Assembly (NCBI GenBank): GCA_029856365.1
Contig: JAHQWW010000051.1
Location: 1-25,234 of the forward strand
Direction of reading: 5' to 3'
From: Candidatus Hodarchaeota archaeon
Lineage (GTDB): Archaea; Asgardarchaeota; Heimdallarchaeia; Hodarchaeales; Hodarchaeaceae
DNA length: 25,234 nucleotides
Shown here: piece by piece, positions 1 through 9,176 of the stretch
Layout of the letters: each line of letters opens with the position of its first letter
Numbering within the stretch: the stretch's first letter is position 1
Made by a program: the position numbers and the translations under genes
The notes under the pieces: generated by a model
What the model saw: only the letters and a program-made list of their open reading frames with translations
What the model was told of the DNA's origin: nothing
Database searches by the model: none

Positions 1-1465
1 AGATTTCTTCGAGAGATTCTTCCTCCTCTGAAGCTTTCCACTCTATGATGAGAATGTCAAATAGATTTAATAAGGCAAGAATTTTAATTCTTCCCTCAAC
101 ATTCGTTAATGAGATCAGCTCAAGCAGTATATTTTGGGCGTGTCCTTTTTCGATGAGTTTTCTGCTTTGCATTAATATGAGAGCTTCAGCTAGTTGAGTC
201 CGAATTTTAATAATTGGGTTGTGAATTTCAATATTAAGATGTTTCAGAGTCTGCAACTGTTCTTTGGCTTTTTCTGAATTCTTCAGTTCTAAATTTACTA
301 AAAATAGGTTAAATAAAGATCTGGTTATATCAATTTTATTCCCTAGCTCTTCTCTAACCTTCAGAGCTTCATTCAAATAGGTTAATGCTTCTTGAAAATC
401 CCCTTTCTCCCAGTGCAACTCTCCTAGAAAATCTAACGCCCACCCCTCTGCATTCTTATACCCTATTTCTTGGATTTTCTCTAATCCAAAAAGAAAATAT
501 TTGATAGCTAAATCTTGTTCCCCCCTCATTCGATGAACTAAACCCAGCCATGAAATCGGAAAATAAACATGGAGTGTCTCACTTGATTCCCAGTTTTTCC
601 ATGCTGCGCGGAACATTTCTTCTGCTTTGATAAAGTCTCCCATTGTTAAAAATATCCTACCAAGAGTACGTTGGGTGTATCCCAATACAAACACGTTGTC
701 TCGTTCTTTGGCCAAAGTATTAGCTCTAAGGCCATACTTCTCAGCATTGATTAAGTCGCCTTTCTCGCAGTATGAATTAGCAATGTGTCCTAAATTTAAG
801 TTATAATTATGACTAAAACCTCTTTGTTGATTAAATTCGGCGCTTAATTTCAATAGATCAAGAGCTTGCTTATACTCTCCCATCTCAGAATAATACATTC
901 CCTTAAATAACAATCCCAAACCAACTAACCAGTTGTCGGTGTTTAATTGCTGTAAAGTATCCAGACCATTTTGAAGATTTGCTAAACCTTGCTTATAGTT
1001 ACTCGTATACAGCAGATTTAATCCCCTTGAAAGTGAGATTAATGCATTGTATCTTTTTTTGTCTACTTGTGATATCTGTTTTATCCTACCTAATAGTTGC
1101 GTTGCTCCTTTAATTATCTGAGAATTTTCATCGATCCGTCCAAGAAAGAATAATGGAATTGTCTTAGCAACCAATCCAGTTAATTGGACTTCAGATGTTA
1201 AGTTTTGCAATTCTTTACTTTCCTCTAATATTTCATCAATTAGAGTGAGAGCTTGGGTAAATTTACCTCTCATTTCATATATTTTGCACTTAAGAAAAAG
1301 GAATTGCCATTTCTCCTTCCAAATGGCGATGTAAGTTTCTATAGGAACCTGAAATTTTGAGAATTTATCTTGGTTAAGTTGTTTGTCAATGATATTTAGA
1401 GCTGCTTCAAATTTTTCTTGATCAATTAGCTCTAAGAGTTCATTTTTTAAGCTTTGATATTGCAT
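1..1465 (-). CDS. Tetratricopeptide-repeat (TPR) protein, 3' end runs off the window (at least 488 aa)
   Basis: Not in the ORF track; translated by hand. ATG at 1465 gives MQYQSLKNELLELIDQEKFEAAL..., open to position 2. Repeated TPR-like units: GMYYSEMGEYKQALDLL, LGRIFLTMGDFIKAEEMF, LGLVHRMRGEQDLAIKYF, LGELHWEKGDFQEALTYLNEALKVREELGN. Confidence 0.9.
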   Translation of the reverse strand, partial: MQYQSLKNELLELIDQEKFEAALNIIDKQLNQDKFSKFQVPIETYIAIWKEKWQFLFLKCKIYEMRGKFTQALTLIDEILEESKELQNLTSEVQLTGLVAKTIPLFFLGRIDENSQIIKGATQLLGRIKQISQVDKKRYNALISLSRGLNLLYTSNYKQGLANLQNGLDTLQQLNTDNWLVGLGLLFKGMYYSEMGEYKQALDLLKLSAEFNQQRGFSHNYNLNLGHIANSYCEKGDLINAEKYGLRANTLAKERDNVFVLGYTQRTLGRIFLTMGDFIKAEEMFRAAWKNWESSETLHVYFPISWLGLVHRMRGEQDLAIKYFLFGLEKIQEIGYKNAEGWALDFLGELHWEKGDFQEALTYLNEALKVREELGNKIDITRSLFNLFLVNLELKNSEKAKEQLQTLKHLNIEIHNPIIKIRTQLAEALILMQSRKLIEKGHAQNILLELISLTNVEGRIKILALLNLFDILIIEWKASEEEESLEEI

Positions 1466-1511
1466 ACATATCCTTCGTTCAATTCGTGTTCATTCATTGA
1501 AGTCATCTGAA

Positions 1512-2204
1512 CTATATAGTTTCAAGGATTAAATTAAAGATGTGATGATAATCATCCAGTTTATATTTATAATTTCTGGATAACGAGTAATCTACAAAAT
1601 TATCAGGAAATATATCTGGTACCAAATCTCGAATATCATCGGAAATAATAGTGAATTCAGAGAGGTCATTTAAGTCTTGAACCCATGGTGTATTTAAATT
1701 TACAGTTGGGGTCAAAATTCCGATTCTGGGGCAATCAACTGGCACAATGTAGGAATCCTTTATATCCTCTTTCTTAATGGATGGGAATCGTTTCTTTTTG
1801 GCTGTGATTAGTTTTTCTTGAAAAATATGGCTAATCCTCTTTATTGAGTATATCAAATGGCTTCTATTATAACCCTCAAAGGTAAGTAAATTCATACCAT
1901 GTAGGTAAGAGTATTTATCATCATATTTAGGCCCATGTGGTGAATAAAAGTGCTGAGTTATTCCATGTCGTTGGAGATAGTCTAATGAAATGACATGAAT
2001 ACTAATCTCAAATTCACCAAAAGAAGTACCTTTCATTAAATCCGTTGTCCATCCAAAAATTTCTTTTACTCGGCTACGAATGTGATTATTAAATGGATAC
2101 TCCTCAAAAGTAGAATAAGGAGGTAAATTCTCCTCTTCTTCTAATGTCCTCCTCCTCCTTCGATCATCAACCAAATCAATGAAAACACATTTCAGTTTTT
2201 TCAT
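1512..2204 (-). CDS. Hypothetical protein (230 aa), possible degenerate Ras-like G-domain fold without a P-loop
   Basis: ORF with AGGAG upstream of the ATG, ending 46 bp before the TPR gene on the same strand. The fold call is inferred from the residue pattern (see findings). Confidence 0.7.
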   Translation of the reverse strand: MKKLKCVFIDLVDDRRRRRTLEEEENLPPYSTFEEYPFNNHIRSRVKEIFGWTTDLMKGTSFGEFEISIHVISLDYLQRHGITQHFYSPHGPKYDDKYSYLHGMNLLTFEGYNRSHLIYSIKRISHIFQEKLITAKKKRFPSIKKEDIKDSYIVPVDCPRIGILTPTVNLNTPWVQDLNDLSEFTIISDDIRDLVPDIFPDNFVDYSLSRNYKYKLDDYHHIFNLILETI

Positions 2205-2637
2205 GAGGTTTCTCCTATAATAATAACAAAAGAATGAGAAAATTCTTAAAGATTTCCTATCGGAATGACATTCACGGTCTGGACTCTTAAATGATTGTAA
2301 ATAATCCTTATTATTAACGAAATATCCCCATTTGAGAACATTACCTCAAAGAAATTAAGTTGAAATAAAGCCCTTTTTTCACAAACTAGACTCAAATAGC
2401 TCTAAATGGAATGAATCATATTATCTTTGTTTTTCAAATAACGATAACTGCCTATAGGAAATGTCAAGAATAGGTTTCAATCCCAATAAATCCTAAGGAA
2501 TGACCTTTTTATTCCTTTCTTTACTTGGTGGGTCTATAATATACATTTACAGTAGAAAATATGCGACTTTTTCTGTCTCCTATTGGTGTAGTAGAGAGAA
2601 CATCGCGCTGTCAAAAAAAACAGTACTAAAAAGAAAT

Positions 2638-3987
2638 CTATTGTATCAAGAAAAACTTAGCAAGATTATAATATACTTTTTGGGACAACTCAATTGTTTT
2701 AATGCTTATTCGCTCATCAGTCCCATGTGCGAGACTTGCTAGATGACTCATTGGAGTTTCTGGATCAAACAGGGAGAAACCATATGCTTCCACTCCTCGT
2801 TCACGGAAGAACCTACAATCAGAAACAGCAGGCATGATGAATGGAACTAGAGTACTATCAGGCAGTTCTTGTTGAACAGCTTTTTCCATAGCAGAGACAA
2901 ACTCTGAAGAAGCAGGACTTGCATTTCCATAAGAAGTAAAGCCTCCTTCTTCAGCTGATAAAGCTTCAATCGTTGCTTCTTTAGCTAAAACTCCTAGTGC
3001 TTTTTTTAGATGTGTTACAACATATTCATCGTCTTGTCCTGGTAATGTTCGAATATCTACATCAATATAAGCAGTTGCAGGAATCACATTAACTTTGGTT
3101 CCTCCTTGGACAATATTTGGGGATAAGGTCATTCTAGTTAAGCCATGAACTACTTTAGCCATTTGGAGATCTCTTTTTTTTAAATTATTGAGAGTAAATG
3201 GTAGTAATCTTTTATTTATAAGCATAATACGTTGAATAAAACCTAATTCCAAGCCTTTGGCTAAGTAATTCAGATATTCAGTCGTTAAAGGTATTTTTGA
3301 ATCGCAATAATCCCGCAACTTTATTATTGCTTGAGCAGCTTTATGAGCAGCATTGTCTGAATCAAATGGCATTGAACCATGGCCAGGTGTTCCCTTGAAG
3401 GATATTCGTTTCCATGCACCTCCCTTTTCACCAATCATAAATACCAATTTCCCTGGTGCAATGGAAAGACCTCCTGCTTCTGTAACGAGGTAATCGGTTT
3501 TTATCTGTTCAGGGTGATTTTCTAGCATCCATTCGGCACCATATCTCCCTCCTGCTTCTTCATCACTTACTATTAGTAATATTAAGTCCCCCTTAGGTTG
3601 AAAATTCTCTTTTTGGAGTTGGATAAAGGCTTGTACTTGAGTTACAACAATATAAAGCATATCTAGAGCCCCGCGGCCCCATACAAATCCATCCTTCACA
3701 GTCCCAGAGAAAGGGTCAACTTCCCATTCATCAGGATTCTCTACAGGAACCACATCCACATGAGCGGGGCCAAACATCAGTTTAGGCCCATTCTTCGTTC
3801 CAGGAATTCGTGCAACAAGATTCCCCCTGTTTGGAGCGGATTCAAATACCTGACACTCAATATCATGCTCCTGTAAGAATCTTTGAATGGACTGAATCGA
3901 TTTAATTTCATTACCCGGAGGGTTAACGCATTTGTTCTGAATTAGCTCTGAAAGTAATGCAATAGATTCCTTCAAGTAATTTTCCAT
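2638..3987 (-). CDS. M20/M25/M40 family metallopeptidase or amidohydrolase (ArgE/DapE/ACY1-like)
   Basis: Motifs AHVDVVP, WGRGALDM, SDEEAGG, TEAGG, GHGS, KVNVIP, HGTDERI. ATG 3987 preferred to the track start 3999 because GGTG lies just upstream of it. Confidence 0.92.
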   Translation of the reverse strand: MENYLKESIALLSELIQNKCVNPPGNEIKSIQSIQRFLQEHDIECQVFESAPNRGNLVARIPGTKNGPKLMFGPAHVDVVPVENPDEWEVDPFSGTVKDGFVWGRGALDMLYIVVTQVQAFIQLQKENFQPKGDLILLIVSDEEAGGRYGAEWMLENHPEQIKTDYLVTEAGGLSIAPGKLVFMIGEKGGAWKRISFKGTPGHGSMPFDSDNAAHKAAQAIIKLRDYCDSKIPLTTEYLNYLAKGLELGFIQRIMLINKRLLPFTLNNLKKRDLQMAKVVHGLTRMTLSPNIVQGGTKVNVIPATAYIDVDIRTLPGQDDEYVVTHLKKALGVLAKEATIEALSAEEGGFTSYGNASPASSEFVSAMEKAVQQELPDSTLVPFIMPAVSDCRFFRERGVEAYGFSLFDPETPMSHLASLAHGTDERISIKTIELSQKVYYNLAKFFLIQ

Positions 3988-4394
3988 TCTAAACACCAAT
4001 ATAGAAAGGTTTTACAGTAAAAACAGTATTTTTATTCAACATTTATCTTTTTATTCCCAATAATTATTTACAGGTAGTGATACATGTTATTGCAAATAGA
4101 TTGGCTGTTAGAAACATTCTAATTATCTCAATTGCTATTTTCTCTATTATAATTAGCTCATATCTTAATTTGAGGGACAACATAAAATAACAAGCATTAT
4201 AACGTTTAATTTCGTTCTAATTATACTTCTATATCTCCAATTCATCTCAGAAAAAAAGAATATTAATTTTGATAAAAATGTTGACTCTATCACTTAGAAT
4301 TAGATAATTCTTTCTAATACTTTATGTTAGGAGATACCTTAATTAACTAAATGACTTTTTTCTTAATAATCATATGAAATTCTGGTGAGATATG

Positions 4395-5768
4395 TTGTGT
4401 GACACCTTAGTGGCATTAAAAAACAGTACTGCTGATGGAAGTGTACTTCTGGCAAAAAATTCCGATAGAGTGGTGAATGAAAGCCATTATCTTCAATTTT
4501 ATCCTCGTCAAACACATGATCCTGACCGAGAGGTTGTGAAAACTACAAATTTGGATATCCCTCAAGTTGAAGAGACCTTTGCTCTCCTCCTCTCCTCCCC
4601 TTACTGGTTATATGGATGTGAAATGGGCGCAAATGAGTATGGGGTAACCATCGGAAATGAAGCAGTGTTTACTAAAGAACCAGAACGAGATAAAGGATTA
4701 CTCGGGATGGATTTCATTCGTTTGGCCCTAGAGAGAGCTGAAACTGCTGCCCAAGCAGTTGATGTAATCATAAATTTATTAGAAAAATATGGTCAAGGGG
4801 GGAATCATACATGTCCAGGTTATTCTGAAGGGGGTTATCATAATTCATGGCTTATTACAGATCTTAAAGAAGCATGGGTATTAGAGACTGCAGACCGATT
4901 CTGGTGTGTTGAGAAAGTTGAGGATATTAGGACTATTTCGAACGCGCTCACTATCGGAAAGAAATTCGATCGTATCCACCCTGAGGCCATCAATTACGCT
5001 GTGAAAAAGGGGTATAGTAAACGAAAAGATTTCCATTTTGCAAGAGCATTTACCGCGAGAATAACTGATATAAGAACTTGGGGAGGAAAAGGACTTAAGA
5101 GACATAAATTCACAACTCAAAAGCTTCTTGAAAAAAAAGGGAGCATAGATACAGCGTTCATGATGGCTATACTCCGAGATCATAACATCAAAGATCCTAA
5201 AAAGATTGATAAGTGGAATCCATCGAAAAGCTCATTCAATGATATTTGCATTCATTGCAGGCCAATTTTTGTTATAAGTCAAACAACAGGATCTTTAGTA
5301 TCACATCTACACCCAGATCTTCAAACACATTGGGTTACTGGAACAGCTGCTCCTTGTACTTCCCTTTTTAAGCCTGTTTTCATCAAAGCAGGACTTCCTG
5401 ATATTGGTCCAAGGCCAACAAATAATTTTGATCAAGAAAGTTTGTGGTGGCAACATGAAAGGGTTCATCGTGCGATTCTTGAAGATTATCAAACAAGAAT
5501 TCGAATAATTCATCCTGACATCGAACATTATGAGAAGAAATGGATTGCAAAAGTTGCTGAAACAAAATCTCGACTAGCCTCCCAACCATTCGATCAGCAT
5601 AAAGATAATTTAACTCAATTATCGAAGAAAGCTTTTGAAGAAGCACGTGAAATCGAAAGAAATTGGATTTTTGACATCAATAAAGTTCCTATCAGAAAAA
5701 GAACTGGGGGATGTTACTATAGGAGATTATGGCGAAAAGAGAATTCTAAAGCTGGAATTAAGCTATAA
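4395..5768 (+). CDS. Peptidase C69 (dipeptidase/secernin-like Ntn hydrolase)
   Basis: N-terminus (M)CDTLVAL...AKNSDR, GCEMGANEYGVTIGNEAV, GLLGMDFIRLALER, EAWVLETA, WWQHE. GGTGA at 4384-4388 is better spaced to TTG 4395 (giving Met-Cys, which exposes the Cys nucleophile) than to ATG 4392. Confidence 0.9.
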   Translation: MCDTLVALKNSTADGSVLLAKNSDRVVNESHYLQFYPRQTHDPDREVVKTTNLDIPQVEETFALLLSSPYWLYGCEMGANEYGVTIGNEAVFTKEPERDKGLLGMDFIRLALERAETAAQAVDVIINLLEKYGQGGNHTCPGYSEGGYHNSWLITDLKEAWVLETADRFWCVEKVEDIRTISNALTIGKKFDRIHPEAINYAVKKGYSKRKDFHFARAFTARITDIRTWGGKGLKRHKFTTQKLLEKKGSIDTAFMMAILRDHNIKDPKKIDKWNPSKSSFNDICIHCRPIFVISQTTGSLVSHLHPDLQTHWVTGTAAPCTSLFKPVFIKAGLPDIGPRPTNNFDQESLWWQHERVHRAILEDYQTRIRIIHPDIEHYEKKWIAKVAETKSRLASQPFDQHKDNLTQLSKKAFEEAREIERNWIFDINKVPIRKRTGGCYYRRLWRKENSKAGIKL

Positions 5769-5852
5769 TACGATATAGTTTACTAATCATCGTCTCCAGA
5801 ATCTTATAATAGAGAAAGAAGTCTCTTTGATAAATTTATACATTAAACAAAG

Positions 5853-8849
5853 TTAATAATATTGTCCTCTCAATCTATTAATCCATTTTGTTGTTTCAAG
5901 TATAAAAAGTGGAATGAGTGCAGCAATGATACATAAGATCCAATCTCCAAAATCAAGACCAATAATATCCACATAAATTCCAAATCTAGCAACTAACTCC
6001 TGAATTTCTTTGATGTACATTAAGATTAGATGTAAAGGTAAGATTGAGAACGCAAGTACATAAGTATACCAATAAGAATCTTCTCTGATAGCCATTATTA
6101 ATGATTTATCTATCCGTCTAATAGACAGAATAATCAGGGGGATTGCAATATACAAGATAGTATGCATATAAGTCCGTGCTTTGGCATGATTCCAACTTTG
6201 GGGTTTTAGATTGGGAGATTTAGCTTCATTCTGAAAAATTGGTATATAGAATTGTTGATTAAAGTCGTTTATAGGAACAAATCCAAAATATGTTGCAAAA
6301 TAAATAATATAAATAATAGTAGCCAGACTGATCGAAGTTAGTAACAATGTTAGAGCTAATCTCTTGTTGAATATTCCAGCAGTATCTATTGGTTTTCTAT
6401 CCATGATATCCTTGGGAATACCATCAATGATCAGTGCCAGAGGAGGAAAAGAGTGTGCAATACCAAAAATATAGGCTCGTTGGAGATGATCCATTAATTC
6501 AAAACCTGGGATAAATCCTGAAATGAAGGAGGAACCAATATAACAACCAGCTTCAGCCAGATTAGCACATATATAGAAAAAGATGACAACACGAATCCTT
6601 TGAAAAAGTGCACGTCCCTCTCTAATTCCTGTTACAATGGAATTAAACGAATCATCGGCAATGACAAGATCTGCAGCTTGTTTACTTACTTCTGTACCAG
6701 CAATTCCCATAGCTATCCCCGCATCTGCCATACTAAGAGCGAGTGCATCGTTGACTCCATCACCTGTCATAGCGACAACTCGCTGTTGCTGTTGATACCG
6801 TGCAACAATGATCTGTTTGTCTTGAGGTGCCACCCGTGCAAAAACCCGAGTGTTTGTGAAATCTCTATCCGCTAATTGTGATGCCATTTTCCCCTCATGT
6901 GTTTGGTGTTCTTCCAAGTATACCATTCCAATATTATTAGCAATGGAGGAGGCAGTTAGAGGTGAATCGCCTGTGATCATAATTGGAATGATTCCTGCTT
7001 GCAAAGTTTCATTTACTGATTCATCAACACGATCACGAGGAGGATCTAGTACTGTAACAAAACCGAGGTAAGATAGATCGACTTCTACTTCATCTCGCTC
7101 CTCATCTCCTTTCGTTGGAAGTTTATCTATGTTTCTATATGCAAAAGATAATATTCTATAACCTTGGCCGGCAAATTTTTCCATATAATCCATTATTATA
7201 TTCTTATGATCTTTTGTCAATTTTTCTCTATTCTTTCCAAATCCAATGTAAGTACATTTCGGTAAAAGAACCTCAGTAGCTCCCTTACAGAACACAAAGA
7301 TCTCGTTCTTGGTATTGAAGACTTTACTCATCCGTTTTAAGGAGGAGTCAAAAGGATATTCTCTTAAAAGCTCAAATTCTTCTTTAATCTTACTTTTTTC
7401 CATCCTTGTTTTATTGAATAACGCTAAAAGGGCCGACTCGGTTGGACTTCCAGTCCCATTATATACATATTGACCTGTTGCTTCAACAAATTCCTCAAGA
7501 ATTTCAGAGTCATTATTTAACATGCCAGATGTTATCAACATACCTAAAGATGAGTTTAATTCAACAGTTTGCTCGGAATAAGTTTTAGCATCCTTTTCAA
7601 TTATCTTATCATCATCTTCTTTTAATTCAACTATCTTACCCTCTGGAGAATACCCTAAACCAGTAACAAAGTAATGCTTACCTGTTGATGCATCCCAAAT
7701 CCTTTTCACTGTCATCTGACCAGCAGTGATAGTTCCTGTCTTATCAGAACAGAGTACACTGATTCTTCCCAAACTTTCTATAGAGGCCAGATTTCGAATG
7801 ATTACCCGATGCTTAGCCATAGCTAAAACACCAGTAATCAAAATAATTGTAGTTAATAGAGGGATATTGATGGGGACAACGCTCATGGCTTTGATGATAA
7901 TATTGCTGAGGGAGAAAATAATCTCCCCAATTAATATAATTGGTTCGGCAAAGCTGAGTTCTCCTTCTTCCAATCGGTCAAGAATCACAGCTCCTTGATA
8001 GATAATCAGCATACTAAAAACAATCAACATACCAAATGCCAAATAATTTCCAATGACATTCACTTTCTGACGGATTGGAATGTCTCCTGTGTTTAATTGC
8101 TCCAATTCAAGACTTATTTTTCCAAATTCTGTATTTCCTCCAGTATTAACAACTAATGCTAAGCCTGAACCCATTGTCGCAAAAGTTCCATTAAATAACA
8201 TATTTTTTCGATCACCAATAGGTGTATCTTCAGGATAAGCTGTTTCACCAGTTTCTACTTTAGTAGTAGGAACACTTTCACCTGTTAATGATGATTCATT
8301 TACACGTAAAGAACTAGATTTAATAACACGAGAATCAGCAGGAATCTTATCCCCCTGAGCGATTTTTATTAGATCTCCAGGAACCACTTGTTCAGTAGGA
8401 ATTTCAGACTCCGTTCCCCCCCTAATTACCCTGGCTTCTGGGGCAGCCATTTTGTGGAGAGCTTCAATCTTTTTCTGAGCTCTTGCTTGTTGAATAATAG
8501 CAATTAAGAAATTCACACCAACAATCAATATCCATTGAGCTGCTGTGATCCAGATAGAAGTATCTTTAGGATTGATTAACAGATATATTAACGCTAGAAA
8601 AAGAATAAAAGCCGTCATAATCAAATAAATAACAATTAAAGTGTTCAATAACGGAGCTAAATATACTTGCCAGAAGCTCTGTTTTGGTTTGGGGATTATA
8701 TTGAGCCCAAAGTTCTCAAGCCTCTTCTCAGCTTCCTCTTGAGATAATCCTTTTTCAAGATTAGTATCCAAATTGATGACTAGCTCCTCTAACTCGATTG
8801 AATGACCACTAATAGCGGCGGGTTTCATTTCTATGTCATTAGTTGGCAT
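5853..8849 (-). CDS. P-type ATPase, P2A-like scaffold with non-canonical transport site (substrate unknown, probably not Ca2+)
   Basis: Motifs LTGES, CSDKTGT (D369), KGATE, DPPR, MITGD, GDGVNDA and about 10 TM segments. M4 reads VVPINIP instead of IPEGLP; M6 reads QRAYIFGIAHSFP instead of QILWINLVTDGLP. Confidence 0.93.
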   Translation of the reverse strand: MPTNDIEMKPAAISGHSIELEELVINLDTNLEKGLSQEEAEKRLENFGLNIIPKPKQSFWQVYLAPLLNTLIVIYLIMTAFILFLALIYLLINPKDTSIWITAAQWILIVGVNFLIAIIQQARAQKKIEALHKMAAPEARVIRGGTESEIPTEQVVPGDLIKIAQGDKIPADSRVIKSSSLRVNESSLTGESVPTTKVETGETAYPEDTPIGDRKNMLFNGTFATMGSGLALVVNTGGNTEFGKISLELEQLNTGDIPIRQKVNVIGNYLAFGMLIVFSMLIIYQGAVILDRLEEGELSFAEPIILIGEIIFSLSNIIIKAMSVVPINIPLLTTIILITGVLAMAKHRVIIRNLASIESLGRISVLCSDKTGTITAGQMTVKRIWDASTGKHYFVTGLGYSPEGKIVELKEDDDKIIEKDAKTYSEQTVELNSSLGMLITSGMLNNDSEILEEFVEATGQYVYNGTGSPTESALLALFNKTRMEKSKIKEEFELLREYPFDSSLKRMSKVFNTKNEIFVFCKGATEVLLPKCTYIGFGKNREKLTKDHKNIIMDYMEKFAGQGYRILSFAYRNIDKLPTKGDEERDEVEVDLSYLGFVTVLDPPRDRVDESVNETLQAGIIPIMITGDSPLTASSIANNIGMVYLEEHQTHEGKMASQLADRDFTNTRVFARVAPQDKQIIVARYQQQQRVVAMTGDGVNDALALSMADAGIAMGIAGTEVSKQAADLVIADDSFNSIVTGIREGRALFQRIRVVIFFYICANLAEAGCYIGSSFISGFIPGFELMDHLQRAYIFGIAHSFPPLALIIDGIPKDIMDRKPIDTAGIFNKRLALTLLLTSISLATIIYIIYFATYFGFVPINDFNQQFYIPIFQNEAKSPNLKPQSWNHAKARTYMHTILYIAIPLIILSIRRIDKSLIMAIREDSYWYTYVLAFSILPLHLILMYIKEIQELVARFGIYVDIIGLDFGDWILCIIAALIPLFILETTKWINRLRGQYY

Positions 8850-9114
8850 ATATATCCTTCCAACAAGGAAAAAATCTTTAACGATGTTAATATTTCATGC
8901 TTGTTTAAATAATGTTTTGTACTTCAAAAAATCAATAAATTAATAAAAATTTTTACACAACAGACAAGAAAATCCAACCTCTTGATTTAATACGAAGAAT
9001 TTTCAAGAAAAATTTATTATAAATACTTTGACCACCACTACTAGCTCTTGAGGTGTTTTTATAGAGAATGAAAACAAAGGTCGCATTATTTTAGAAAATA
9101 ACATAAGGTTAGGT

Positions 9115-9134
9115 ATAAGTTCAATGGAACTTAT
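9115..9134. promoter_or_regulatory. Perfect 8-bp inverted repeat, candidate operator
   Basis: ATAAGTTC-AATG-GAACTTAT in the divergent intergenic region, ending 42 bp before the ATG at 9177. Confidence 0.35.
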
Positions 9135-9176
9135 CGATGAGTTTAAACGTAATCATTATTTTTAGAGGGGTTACAA

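Noticed and set aside
2205-2560. Possible decayed ORF on the minus strand (MYIIDPPSKERNKKVIP*DLLGLKP...)
   Set aside because: Multiple stops and no recognisable family.
2500-2742. Track ORF of 80 aa on the + strand
   Set aside because: Overlaps the M20 gene antisense; no recognisable features.
4881-7998. Short antisense track ORFs (4881-5183, 5307-5528, 5383-5646, 6600-6875, 6850-7071, 7726-7998)
   Set aside because: Shadow frames inside well-supported genes.
5853-8849. Ordinary Ca2+-ATPase, or a bona fide P4 or P5 ATPase
   Set aside because: The Ca2+ ligands in M4, M6 and M8 are missing. TGES, the P2-type spacing and the M5 N..E are not P4 (DGET, PISL) or P5 (PPxLP) signatures, so it is left unclassified.
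9001-9165. Frame SS*GVFIENENKGRIILENNIRL, faintly like a V-ATPase subunit E C-terminus; also considered a Moco riboswitch
   Set aside because: The similarity is too short to support, and no riboswitch consensus was recognisable by eye.
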